The notes under the pieces were generated by a model. The model saw only the letters and a program-made list of their open reading frames with translations. It was not told where the DNA came from and did no database searches. A stretch of DNA of 64,000 nucleotides from Chiloscyllium plagiosum. Taxonomy: Eukaryota. Both the position numbers and the translations under genes were made by a program. Shown in pieces: positions 38,916 to 52,432 of the stretch. The stretch spans positions 13,145,940 to 13,209,939 of the forward strand of contig NC_057713.1 in NCBI RefSeq assembly GCF_004010195.1. Reading direction: 5' to 3'. The first letter of the stretch is position 1. Each line of letters starts with the position of its first letter.

Positions 38916-39859
38916 GTGAGTTCTGCATTTTTGTATCACAACTGCATCATGTTTCATTCATTATCAAGTGGCTATCTGTACCTGAAATATTGACAGCTTG
39001 GGATGATATGGAATTGACAAGCCTTTACCTGTGAGAATGTTGAAGACATGCTGAATTTCACAGAATCTTAGAAGTATTATGGCATAGAATGAGACCATTG
39101 CGTCTGCACCAGCTCTTCAAATGAGCATAATTTCCTATTGCCAATCTCCTGCTTTTCCCTGCATATTCTTGCATGTTATTTCTCTCCAAGTAATCATCCC
39201 GAATCCTCTTGAATGTCTCAGCTGACCTAATTTGATGTAAAATGAAACTGGAAGCTTGTTTATGTCAGCCATGTTTTATTTTAACCATACATAAAAAAGT
39301 AGTTCTGTTCAAGGAAATGTTTGCCCATTAGCCTGAATTTGGAGATATTTATTTTTCTTTATACGGTTAATGGGAGTCACATGGAAGAAGAATGGGTGGA
39401 AATCATAATTACCAAACATTTATTTGTTTACTTTGTGAGACAACATGATGGTTTATATCCATGATATATGTAAACAACAATAACAACAGCTTTCATTTCT
39501 ATGCCACCTTTAACATAGTAAGATGTCCCAATGTGCTTTACACAAGTAGTATTGAACAAAGTTTGACATTGAGCCACATATGGATGGATTAGGATGATCA
39601 AAGATGTCATTTTAAGGAGTGAGTTAAACACTCGCTGTCACATCTGCTTGTTTAACTCACTCTCAGTATGATTCCTTGAATAAATTCTGCTCCTCTCTGC
39701 GACAGGATTTCCATTCTGACCTTCTTGTTCTCTGTTGTTACTTTGGTTTTCTCTCCTGGCACTTGACATAGTTTTAAAGAATGTCTTACTGGAAGAAAGT
39801 GAGCAGCAGAGGGTTAGGGCAGGGATGTGTGAACTGAGTGTCTGTTAAAGTAAATTATA

Positions 39860-41840
39860 AAGGATATAATAGCAGTGCATTTAAAAATACAGAATATGAT
39901 CAAGCAAAGTCAGCGTGGCCTTTTGAAAGGAAATTCATACCTGACATTTACTAGAGTTCTTTGAGGGGATAATGGGAAAGGAATGGAAGTACTACATTAG
40001 GAATTTGATAAGGTGACACACTAGCCTACTTAATAACAGGAGCCCATGGTGTTGGACAAAATATATTAACATAGAGGACTGGCTAACTACAGAAGACAGA
40101 GAGTTGAGTTAAGGGGAGCATTTTCAGGATGGCAACATGTAACTGATGGTGAGCCACAGATATCAGTGTTGCAGCCACAATTATTTACAGGATATATTAA
40201 TGACTTGGATGAGAAATGAGAATGTACTATAGCCAGATTTGCAAATGACAGAAAAATAGGTGGGATGACAGTTGGTGAAGGTGCCATAATGGGTAAAGCA
40301 GACAGGTTAAGTGAGTGGGCAAGATCTTGGCAGATGGAATATAATATGGGGAAAAGTGAAGTTATGTACTTTAACAGGAGGATTAGAGGAACTGAATATT
40401 AGTTAAATAGAGAAAGACTAGAGAATGCTACAGAAAGGGATTTGGGAGTTCTCATCCATGAAACACAAAAAACTGTCATTCAAGTTCAATGGATAATAGG
40501 GAAGGCAAATGGAAAGTTAGAGTCATGGAGATGTACAGCACGGAAACAGACCTTTCGGTCCATCTCGTCCATGCCAACATGATACCCTACATTTGCCAGC
40601 ATTTGGTCCATATCCCTCTTAAACCCTTCCTATTCATATACCCATCCAGATGCCTTTTAAATGCTGTAATTGAACCAGTCTCCATTACTTTTTCTGACAG
40701 CTCATTCCATATACACGACGCTCTGCGTGAAAAAGTTGCCCCTTAGGTCCCTTTCAAATCTTTCCCCTCTCACCTCAAATCTATGCCATCTAGTTCTGGA
40801 CTCCCCCATCCCAAAGAAAAGATTTTGTCTATTTACTCTATCCATGCCCCTCATGATGTTATAAACCTGCGTAAGGTCACTCTTCAGCCTGCGACGTTCC
40901 AGGGAAAACAGCCTCAGCCTATTCAGGCTCTCCTCACTGTCTCTCCTCCAGGGAATAACTGTGGTTGGGGTATTGTTTTCCCATATACTCTCTTTGTTGC
41001 ACTCCCTAACTATATATCCTTCCTCAAACAGTGAATCACCGATGAGATGGAAGAGGAGTGAGATTGACTATCTCATTGCTCCTGCTGCTGTTCCATGTAT
41101 TCCGACAGGGCATTCACTTTGCAGCGCAGTTGGTCTTAAATGTTCAAATTTAGATGGAATGAAAGCATTAATTACCCGGACCGTGGCCAAGATCGAAGTC
41201 TAAGGCGAGCACAGATCAGCAGCCGGTTGACACGGGGATCTGGGCGTTGACCTTTCTTTCAAAGGGAATGGAGTACAGAAGTTGGGATGTTTTGCTAAAA
41301 CTATTCAAGGCACTGGTTAGATCCCAGTTGGAATACTGTGAACAACTTGAGAACCCTTATCCGTGGAAACATTTACTGGCATTGGGGCAGTCCAGAGTAG
41401 GTTCACTTGGCTAGTACGGAAGGAATGTCTGATGAGGAGAGATTGAATAGATTGGACCAGTACTCAATGGAATGTAGAAGACTGTGAGGCGATCTTATAG
41501 AAATGTACATTTCTTGGGAGACTTCACAGACTAGGTGCGGAAAGGTTGTCTCCCCTTCTGGTAGCGTCTAGGACCAGAGGGCAACAGCCCAGAAGAAGGG
41601 GCTGCACATTTAAGATAGAAATGAGGAATTTCTTTTCTCAGAGGATCGTGAACTTGCGGAATTCTTTACTGCAAAGGAGTGTTGAAGCTGGGGCATTAAT
41701 TATTTTCAAGGTTGAGAGAGACAGATAGTTAATCAGTAAGGGAATAAAGGGTTAAAGGTATGAAAGTGGCATTGAGGATTGTTAGATCAGCCATGAACTT
41801 GATTGGCTGAATAGCATACATCTGGTCCTACATTTTGTGG
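39860..41840. mobile_element. Old plus-strand CR1 with a nested minus-strand young CR1 tail (40519-40935)
   Basis: RT remnants on the plus strand; reverse-complement family tail at 40519. Confidence 0.7.
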
Positions 41841-43732
41841 CCTTTTAATGGTCTAATAATTAAGCATCTCAGCAGGTGAGGGTACGGTCACTTATATTGC
41901 TGCAATGAGAAAGAGGCCGGAGTTGGAAGGCCGCTGACAGCCCGAGAGGCCTGGTGCAGTACATTAAAAAGTGATAATGGAGTTTGAGGGCAATGAGAAT
42001 TATAAAATGGAGACATTGGCAGGCTGGGAGCCAGTATTGATCAGGGAGCACAGAAGTGATAGGCAGTGTTCCCTGTAAGCTGTGTGTGTGGCTGCACATC
42101 ATTTGAAATCCTCGTGCACGCTCCTGTCATCCTCCACTGTGTGACTTCCACTCTCTTTTAAATATATTGCGCACACTGTAAGGACGTCTGCGCAGGAACA
42201 ACAAAAATTAGAGAAAACCTTAGTGCTGGGACTTATTGCAATCTAGAATATCGGCAGCAAAGTTTAGGATAACTTGGCTGGAAGAAGAGAGGTGAGTCAG
42301 GATTGCAACAGAGTCAAATCTAGACCGAACAAAAATGTGAGTGAAAATTTCAGTAGCATATAAACTAAGGCAGAGGTGAAGCTGAGAATGTTATGGAATT
42401 GGAAGAGAGTGGTAAAAATAGTCAAGCATGACACCAAGCTGTGCACGATCTAGTTCAGCCTCGGGCAGTTGCCAAAGGTGGCTTTGCTGGCAAGATAAGA
42501 GTTTGTAGTGGACACTGAAGGCAATATTTCCTTTGCTATAATCTTTCTTGTCCAAACATATAGCATGAGCAGAGATTTTCTTTAATAGATATTAGGAAGA
42601 CTGATTTTGATATTTGCTGCGCATGTTCCTGTTGGTTAGTGAGTTTTTACAGTTGTTTCTTTTGCTGCCAACTCAGCTAATTGTTCATTTTAAGTTTTTC
42701 CAAACCTTTAGGCATCTTTGAACAATGTTGTTTACTACCTTCTTTTACAACCTGTAACTTCTGGAATAACGTTTAGATTGTAAGTGATATTCTATCCTGA
42801 CCTTTGCTTATACCACGGTTAGTTGTTCGTGTTGAAATACTATATTTAGATTCAGCAACAGATCATTTCAGTCAGCTCTCAATTAATAACAACTTCAGAA
42901 AGTTTACACTGTGATACTTGGTAGGAAAGGTCACCAAAAGCTTTATCTAAAGAGATAAGTTTTAAGGAGTATCACTAAATAAGAGAGAGAGACGTAGGAG
43001 AAGCAAAAAGGTTTAGGAAGGGAATTACATAGTTTATGGCCAAAAAATTGAATCTAAGCTAAATTAACATTGTTATCAATAATTGCCAAGAAGATAAATC
43101 TCTGGACAGTTGAACATTAACTCGATAAGTTAACTGTCAATGATAAATAATGGCACATATTTTCAATCTTCCATGCAGAGATATGAAAAACCATTCTCTA
43201 GCTCTCGGTCTAAACTGTTAACAAAATCTCAGTCTCTGACTAAACCTGTGGTTTTATTGCAGACTGCACCACAGTGTCCTTGGTGAACTCTCAGTAATTT
43301 CAGAATAACTGTGATCACCTCAGACTATTGAAGTCCTTTTAAGATAAAAAGGATTTTTTATTTAAAGGGATCTGTGATTTCAAACATGGTTGCTAACCAG
43401 GCATATATTGGAAAATGCACAAAAGATGTTTATATATAAATTTAATGTGAATGTTTATGTAAAAACTTATGAAAGCAATAGGACAGGTAAATGTATACTA
43501 TGTTACGATTTGTGTATGGACGTGACATTATCTGAACCTGGAAATAGTTTCCATTTATTAACCTGCATGATTTTCTTTTCTTGTGATTTTGATTCAGAAT
43601 GTGCTGCAACCCCAGAAAGATTGTATGATACACAATAGACAAACACTTCTCTTTCATTGCTATTATTGTTTCACTTATTCTTGGAGTTTGCACAGTGTAA
43701 GATGTTTGGTTCCTCACTCTTGCATCTTCCAG

Positions 43733-43907
43733 ATGAACATTCATGAGTTAGAATTGCAGCTTGTGACATCAAAACAAAGAATTCAGCAGCTGGAACACCC
43801 TCCAACAGTGAGGAGACGAAAGACACCAACACCAGAGCACGGCATTACATCTCCTAAACACCAGTCTGATGGCAAGAGATGCTGCTCACCTGACTGTATC
43901 CACACTG
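43733..43907 (+). CDS. CEP290-like gene exon 5 (MNIHELELQLVTSKQRIQQLEHPPTVRRRKTPTPEHGITSPKHQSDGKRCCSPDCIHT)
   Basis: catcttccag acceptor, G|GTGAGG donor, 175 nt, phase 0/1. Confidence 0.83.
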
Positions 43908-46822
43908 GTGAGGCTTTAACTGATATTTCTTTCTTCTTGTGGATGTTAACTTATATAGACATCTAGTTTCTCATACACTGGCTCAAGTGGCCTTTCATCA
44001 TCTATGAGTGGACTACTGGAGAATGTTTTAACTGTGAGGGGCAGGAAGTATCATAGACAGGGCTCTCTTGCCAACTTTGTCCTAATGACATCCCTACTTT
44101 CTAGCAGACATCATTTGATAGGTAATAGGGAATGGGAATAATATCTGGGAATTGCACCTCTCCCACCCGCCCATCCAGTCTTTTGCGGCAGTGAGGTCAT
44201 TTGTGACAACCCATTATTACTCAGCTTGAGATCTGCAATCTCAGTATAGAGCACAGATTGAGCCCTTAACCACTTTGAGTTATACAGTTTGGAAACAGAC
44301 CAGTCAGTTCAACCCGTCCGTGCCGATTAGACATTCCAATCTGGCCTCGTCCCATTTGCCAGCACTTAGCCCAAATCCTTCTGAACCCTTCCTATTCATA
44401 TACCCATCCAGATGCCTTTTAAATGTTGTAACTATATCCGCCTTCACCACTTGCGCTGGCAGCTCATTCCATATGTGCACCATGCTCTGTGCAGGAAAGG
44501 TTACCCTCTGGAGCACATTACTTTCCTGAACTAGCGTGAACCTTATAAAGGCACACTGTGCAATTTGTGCAGCCTTGCAGTTTAATTTACATTCAGTAAT
44601 TGTAATTGTTTAGCCCATCTAGCCCAATCCTCAGAACATAATCATTGAGATCTACAGCACAGAATAAAGCTCTTTTGATACATTGAGTCTGGACCAGCCA
44701 GAGACAATAACCTTACTATTCTAATCCCTTTTTCCAGCACTTGGCCCATAGCTTTGTAAGCCTTAACATTGTAAATGTGTTCCTAAGTACTACTAAAATG
44801 TGATAAGCGTTTCTGCCTCTACCACTCTTACAGGTAGTGAGTTCCACACTCCTAGCACCTTCTGGGTGAAAGAAAATCTTCCCTCGCATCCCTCTAATCC
44901 TCCTGCCCCATACCTTAAACCTATGGCCTCTTGTCATTATTCCCTCGTGTCTACTGTATCTATGCCCCTCATAATTTTATACATCTTAATCAAATCTCAC
45001 CTCAGTCTCCTCTGCTCCAAGGAAAACAACCTCAGTCTATCTAATGTCGCCTTTATAAATAAAACTGTCCAGCCAAACAGCATCCTGAGAAATCTTTGCA
45101 CCCTCTGCAATACTGTCACGTCCATGCTGTAATGTGTATTATAATACAGCCCACATTAATCTAGCTGTAGCCCAACCAACATTTTATATGGTTTCCGCAT
45201 AACTTTCCTGCTCTTAAACTCTAAACTTCAGTGAGTAAAAGGCAACTATTCCATATGCTTTTTTTAACCACTTTATCTCCCTGTCCAACCACATTGAGGA
45301 TGAAGGGACCAACGCACATGCACACCAAGGTCCCTCTGATCCCTGGTGCTCCCAAGGTACTATACTGTTCTTCATGCATTCCCATGCCTTGTTTGTCCTG
45401 TCCAAGTGTACCAGAGAGAAAAGTGAAAACTATTGCCATCTCCCCTGCCATTACCTCCCTTGCCCCATTCAACAGCCTCAGACACATTTAATCGGGCCCT
45501 GGATATCTGGCTATTTTATGCCTGCCAGACCACTGAGCATGGAATAAGGTGAGGATATTTGACAGGGGAGTTTACTGAGGGATGTTCAGTTCATTCTGTC
45601 TTTACCAGCTCTCCGAATGATTGTTTAGATTTAAGTAATTATCTACCACTGTAGGAGCAGCAGTAGGCCATTCAGTCCATCAAGTCTCCTCCACCATTCA
45701 GTGAGATCATGACTGACCTGGTAATCCTCAACCTTTCAACCTTTTCCCATAACCCTTGATTTCTTTGATGATTAAAAATCTGTCTCTCTCAGCTTTGCAA
45801 ATGAACCAGCCTCTAAATCCCTCTGTGTGAAAGAATTCCATATATTTATTACCCTCAGAGAAGGAATTATTCCTTGAATGCCTTGATTAGGCCTGTCTCC
45901 ACTATACTTCCTGGCTGTTTGTTGCAGACTCTATTTGCTGCACAAAACAATGTTTTCTCAAGTCATGTTTGCTTCTTTTGCAAATGTCCTTATATCTGTG
46001 TCCACTCATCTTCAGTCTGTTCATGAACAGGAATAATCTTTGCTTATGTACTCTATCTAGCCCCTAACTTCTTCAATCTTCGTAACTGAAGTGTATCATC
46101 CCTGGAATCACTGTAGGAAACCTCTTCTCCACACTCTGCAACATGCTCACATCCTCCTTAAGGTGAGGCACCCAGAATGTTTTTTTTTAATGTGTTCATG
46201 GGATGTGTCCGTCTCTGGCTAGGCCAGCATTTATTGCCCATCCCTAATTACCCAGAGGTCAGTTCAGGGCCATTGTCTATGCCAGGTCCACAGCAGTGCT
46301 TCAGTTGTGATCTAAATGGTTTCTTATACAGGTTCAGCATAAAGAGTACTCTATCATTTCTCACTTACCAAGCAGCTTACAAAATTCCCGAATACATATC
46401 CATTAGTATGTGTTCTTGTTTTACTTTTGAGTGGAGCATTCTATTAAAATAATGTCCACATCTCTCTGATATTAAAATTGCATTCTATCTTACAATAATC
46501 TGATAATCTTTACCTTTCATAAAAACAGTTTAGAAATTAATATGGAATACAAATGTACATTTATTTCTGATCTGAACTAAATTTGTCCAAGCAGAGGGTC
46601 AAGGTGGTCAGATTCTGATATTCAGACAAATTACCTGAGGGAGGCTTGCTTGGGTGACACTCTTGTATTTCATAACATCAGTTCAAAGGAAATCCTGTGA
46701 AACCAATGAAATTTGAGCAAAACTATTAAAAGAGGGACTATAAAAACAGACTAATTTAACAAGTTTTACTCCCCATGTTTGCAATCCTATCATTTCCTTT
46801 TAATATTTGTGGTTTTCTGTAG

Positions 46823-46917
46823 AGTTGTTGCTGGAGATAGAAAGACTGCAAAAGGATAAGAACAAACTGATAAAAGAGAGACGTAATCTGAAAAATGAGC
46901 TAGCTGGACTAGACAAG
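46823..46917 (+). CDS. CEP290-like gene exon 6 (ELLLEIERLQKDKNKLIKERRNLKNELAGLDK)
   Basis: ttttctgtag acceptor, AAG|GTATTG donor, 95 nt, phase 1/0. Coiled-coil. Confidence 0.88.
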
Positions 46918-47778
46918 GTATTGTTTTGCTCATGATTTGTTGTAAGCTTTATTTAGTTGAGCAGTCCTCTTCAACTGGTTAAGTTATTTCATTGACATCT
47001 TGTCTGATGTGGCCATCACCACATTACTTCATGGGTATACGCTATGAGGGGTTCTTGTGGCGCAGTGGTAGGGACACTACTGAGCCAGGAGCCCTGCATT
47101 CAAATCCTCCCTGCTCCGAAGGATTGTCATGACATGTCAGAGCAATCTGATTGGAAAATATCTAGATATGTTATAAGGTTCTCTTGTGGTATAGTGCTAG
47201 TGTCCCTCCCTGCTCCAGAGATGACATCTCTGAAGAGGTTAATGAAGAAAATACCTAACCTGAGGAGCTCCTGCAGTGAGACCGTTGGCTTTGAACAACC
47301 ATAACCATCTTCTGCAGTAAATCAGAAATTGTTGAGCTGGTGATGATTTCACCCCAACACTCTTAAAACAAAAAATTGTCAAGAGGTATCCCTACCCCTG
47401 AGCCAAAGGCTGGTTACAAGTGCCACCTGCTCCAGGGTATGTAATACTAGCACTGGTTAAATTGTCAGAATGTCATTGCATTCAGTGGATGATATTTAGT
47501 ATGGCATAAGAATATGTGCCCTAACCATTTACTGTGTAATTTATGATCAAATTCCAATGCGCAGTGATCCCAATGCTTTTTAACTTGTTTTAGAACAAAG
47601 GTTGTGTGGCTTCAACATACAGTTCAATTGAATGTTCAAAACTGAATTAGCTAGTATCAGAGGGGCTTTATTGTCACTTCAAGTTAAGTGTAATAAACAT
47701 GTTAAGAATATATTTTAAATGTGACTTCTGAATTTTTACGTTGCTTAGACTAATTTGATTATTCTTTGTGTAATGCAG

Positions 47779-47925
47779 GGTTTCTTTGAGGAAATTGAAG
47801 ATTTAAAATATGCTTTGCAAGAATCTGCTAAACTGAATAAAGAGTATGAAAAATGTCTACGGGCCATGTGTGAAAAATGTGGCCTTCCATTTCCAGAAAC
47901 ATTATGTCCAGTTACCACAAAATGA
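47779..47925 (+). CDS. CEP290-like gene last coding exon (GFFEEIEDLKYALQESAKLNKEYEKCLRAMCEKCGLPFPETLCPVTTK*)
   Basis: tgcag acceptor, phase 0, TGA at 47923-47925. FFEEIEDLKY matches the CEP290 C-terminal motif as I recall it. Confidence 0.88.
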   Translation, partial: GFFEEIEDLKYALQESAKLNKEYEKCLRAMCEKCGLPFPETLCPVTTK

Positions 47926-49210
47926 AAAAAGTAATGAATGAGACCAATCCTTTTTCCTTATGTACAAAAATTGTCATACTTTTAGAATGTGTCATTTTTT
48001 TTTTAAAAACAAGGACCTGGAGTTGCTGTTCTCTTGCACTGTTTCCTTTTCACTCAACCGATGCATAACCCAGTGCAAAAGGTCATGAAATGTTAAGCAT
48101 GAGCTGTGATCAGAAGCCAGTCCCGTTCAGAAATCTAGCAGTGCTCTTGATGAGTAAATTATCAGTGGGACTTTCCACAACTTGCACTTGTTCATAGACA
48201 TTTGGGGAGATTCCAGAATTTAAGATGGCTCTTTTAGGCACAATCATTATAAATAAGTGTGTTTTAAAAATTTTAGGTTTTTAAAAACCAAATTGCTAAT
48301 GAACTCATTGCCCCAATCTAACAAGGTTATTTTTTTAAAATGCGTTCATTATTTTAAGATTGAGCTATTCATGATGGTGAGCAATTTAATAATGGTAATT
48401 AATCCATGCAACTTAATTAATTCTACCTTAAGATTTTTCTTGTGATAAGCCAATATTTCAGCTGAACTAATCAAACCATACCTACTTACCATTCTTAAAA
48501 TCAGCAAGGGATATATAATAATTTAAAACCCTGCCCAAATACACTGATTGGTTCATGGTGAGTTTTGCATTCAGCAATACTCAAATTAATTTGAGAAGGA
48601 ACTGGGCACTATTTACCCTAGAATAAGTATTTGTGTCTAAAGTGGAGACCATTCCATAGTATTTAAGCAGCACACCATATTGTTATTTTGGGTATGTTAC
48701 TTAGTATAGTGACAGTAAAACGATTTCTACCAATGGGAGTCTATTTCTTTAATCTGGGCTGCAAATGAGCTTCAAAAAAAACAAAATCTCTTTTCCACAC
48801 TGGAGGGAGGAAATATTAAATGGACTATTCACCATGTTGTGGCTGGGTTCCTCTTGGAAACGTTTTCAAAAGCCCCATGACCTTTCCACCCTCTTGCAGG
48901 GAAATATGTGGAGGATCCATCCAGTGTCTATTTTATAGAAAACTACTTATTTACTTAGCAACAAAAAATCAGTACAATCCACAGTAAAATGATGACCAAA
49001 ACTGCAGCAGACTTAAATGGATTATTCCAACAACAAAATGCAGAGAGTGGAGAATAGTTACATAATACTGATGGTTTGTGATCCCAAACATTTGTGCAGG
49101 GCAAGCTCCGAGAGTGATTGACTGGTAAACTACCCAATCATCCTCATTCTGAGCAGCTACTTGTCCCTATATTCAGTCCAAAGGAAATGTTTGAAAAAGT
49201 TACATTTTTT

Positions 49211-49216
49211 AATAAA
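49211..49216 (+). terminator. Candidate polyadenylation signal of the CEP290-like gene
   Basis: AATAAA about 1.3 kb after the stop codon, at the end of a repeat-free stretch, with T/GT-rich sequence downstream. Confidence 0.3.
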
Positions 49217-51072
49217 ATGGTTAAGTAATTATTTGTTAAGCAATTTTAAGTTTTGTTAGAAACACATTATTTCATCTGTTTCTGTGCAAACAGTAGTTGG
49301 AATAATCAAGTTCATACTGCAGTGTCCTCACATTCTAAGCCCAGTTTCAAAATTTTTGAAAATGGCAAACATGTCAGAATGGCCAGGGCTGTCACCTGTT
49401 AACAGGGCTTTCCTCCTTTCTATGAACAGGACAACATTTGAATTTTTATAGCACCTTCACAACCTCAGGATGTCTATTTTGAAGTATGGTCATTGTTGTA
49501 AAATGGAGAAAACTGCAACCAATCTGTGCAACAGGATGACTGGCGTTATATAACCTAAATAAGACCTCAGTAAGAAAACTTAACAGTTCTGAAGATTTTG
49601 AAACATTAATTCTCTTTCTGTCTCCACAGATGCTACCAGATCCTGCCGAATTTCTCCGGCATTGTCTGTATAACTGACCTAATGATCTGTTTTAATATTG
49701 TGAACCTAAGAGAAGAATGTGAGTTGGAAAAGCTCCCTGCTGTACTTTGAATTGTGCTACAGGAGCATTTATGTTCACGGGAGAGGAGAGAATAGACAAT
49801 AACTCAGTTAATGCCTTAAAACAATGCAATACTTACTCCAATCTGCACTGGTATAGCATGCTAGATTATATACAAATTCATCTAGTATGGGATTGAACCC
49901 ACAGTCTTCTGATTCAAAGTTAAGAGTGCTCCAATAATATCTTAGTGCAATATTATCTCCAGCACTTGGCTCTCATTTCCCTTTGAAACAATCTTGTGGT
50001 TGAGTTTGACATTTTTAACCAACCTGTTTGAGGGTGTGATGACCCTTGTCTCGACCAGGTGGACTTCAACCTGCACCTCCTGGCTCAGAGGGAGGGGCAC
50101 AGCCACTGCATCTCAAGAGCCTCTGGCTAAGATTGATAGATATTCTCTAAGCAACCTGTTAGTGATGTTATTATGCATCTCTGGAGCAGGTGGGACTTTA
50201 ACCCAGGCCTCCTGGCCTAGAGACAGGGACTTTGTCCGTGTGCCACAAGAACCTGTGGCTAAGATTGATCACTCAAAAGAATAGAAAGTCAAACGTGCTG
50301 GCTGTCAGCCTTTGTGGTTAAACCTAGTTGTTCCAACACATCAGGTGATTTAAATGAGATTAATGAGAATTGTGTTTTTTTTTCAGAAGAAATAGTGGTA
50401 TGGATTGGGAAGTTGTTTCACTTGTGTAAATAGAAAATGATTCTTAGCAGTGAGGGTTCAAAATAAGTTCTGGTAAAAGAAAACATTCTTTAGCTGTGAG
50501 TTTGTGGCTTTGTTTATTAATTTGATTCCATAACCGGTAGATATAGTGCGTTTGGATATTCAGAAGGCACCCGATAAGATGCCACGTCAAAGATTACAAG
50601 ATGAAAGTTCATGGTATTCGGGTTAATGTTTGGTGAGATGTTAAACCAAGAACGTGTCTACTATCTCAGGTGGATGTAAGAAATTCCATTACTCTATTGA
50701 AGAATAGCTGCAGATTTCTCTGTGTACCATGGCCAGGATTTATCCTTCAACTAATACCTGTTTTTTTCATTGTAATCTGGCTGCTATTTCTACACTTTGT
50801 TAAGCACTTAATGAGGTGCGAAGTGTGTGTTGTGACATTGTAAATTAATGTAAGTTTAGCAAAAGGAATTCTAGAATGGTGTTTTCATAGTTGCCCATGA
50901 AAGGGAAATCATGTTTAACCAATTTATTAGTGTTTTTTATAGATTAAGAAGCAAGGTGCATTAGTAGATGCTAGTATCTGCAATGTATTTGAACTTCCAA
51001 AGGGCATTTGAGAGGTGCCATACATACAAAAGGTTACTGCACAAGATTTGAGCTCAGGATTTTGGAGTAATA

Positions 51073-51683
51073 CAGAGGAACCTCGATTGTCGAAATGAGA
51101 TGGATGGGCACTATTTTGTTTGGATAATTGATTATTCGGTTAATTGATACAATTCCTCTCCTCTGGGGCTCAGTTTTCTGAAGTTTCCTTTTTCCTCGCT
51201 CTGCCTGTCTTGCTTCCCCTCTCTGTCTCAGGGTTGTTTCTGAGCAGACACACACTTGTGTGTAAGGGACCTGCAGCATTGCTGAACAATCCCCCCCCCC
51301 CCCACGAAAAGAAATCAGTTCAATGGGATTGACACAGCGAGCACTTGCTAAGTCCACTCCCCATTCACACAGGACAATGTTGGAGAGATTATCTGGGGAA
51401 GGGGGGGTTTAGGGTACATCCCTGGGTAGAACTACAGGGAAAGTATGGGAGAGAGAGAGGCAGGCGGTCAGTCATTTTGGAGGCGGTGCCTGGGCTCCCA
51501 TCAATGTCCAGGACTGTTCTCGGCAGCATTTCAGGAAGCTGGGTTCATTTTTAATCATTGTAGACAAAAGGCGTGATCAATGTTGGAAATGCCTCTTTGA
51601 TGTAATGTTTCTATTGGGACCTCAAGATCTTCGGATAATCCAGAATTCGGATAATTAATGTTCGGATAATCGAGGTTCCTCTG
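51073..51683. mobile_element. Non-autonomous Tc1/mariner (pogo/Tigger-like) DNA transposon
   Basis: TIRs CAGAGGAACCTCGATT.. / ..AATCGAGGTTCCTCTG, TA on both sides, subterminal TCGGATAAT repeats; inserted in an old CR1 (about 50900-52800). Confidence 0.88.
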
Positions 51684-52332
51684 TATGTTAACATGGTGAG
51701 AGAATTGATCAACTAACAGGAAATAAAGGTTATGGATAATTGGATCATGTTAGGTCAGCAAGCTGTTAACTATAGCAGAGGCAAGTGGTGAGTCTTCAAA
51801 TATTTTCTATCTATATTAATGGCCAACTGCATTGTTAAATTTGCTAAGAATACAAGAGGTAGGGAAACAAGTTTTAAGTCATCACAAAGAGAGACTGCAA
51901 AGGGATATAAACAAGTTTAAGTGAGTGGGCAAAATTTTGGCAGATGGTATGTGATGTGAGAAAAGTGAGATTGCCCACTTTGGCAGCAAGAATAGAAAAG
52001 CAGTATATTATTTAAATGGCAAGAAATCTGGGTATCCTTTACATGATTCACAAGACATTAGCATGCAGGAACTGCAAATATTTTGGAAGCTAAAATGGAA
52101 TGGTAGCCTTTATTGCAAGCAGGAATGGAGCATAAAAGTAGGGAGTATTGTTATAACAGTTTAGGAAATTAGTGAGACTGCACTGAGAGTATGCTATACA
52201 GGTTTGGTCTGCTGAAGGGACATATTTGCATTATAGACAGTTCTCAGAAGGTTTGGTAGGTATGTCCTGGGACAGTGGGGGATGCCTTAGAGAAGATAAT
52301 AAAGAGAGTGAGCCTGTACTCATGGGTGTATT

Positions 52333-52432
52333 TCCTAATGAAGGGCTCTTGACTGAAATGTTGATTCTCCTGCTCCTCGGATGCTGCCAGACCTACTGTG
52401 CTTTTCCAGCACCACACTGTCCAGGACTGTCG
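52333..52432 (+). mobile_element. Single-arm family-A PLE pLTR fragment inserted in an old CR1
   Basis: Decayed core CTAATGAAGGGCTCTTGACTGAAA; TSD ACTCATGGGTGTATT at 52318-52332 and 52433-52447. Confidence 0.78.
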
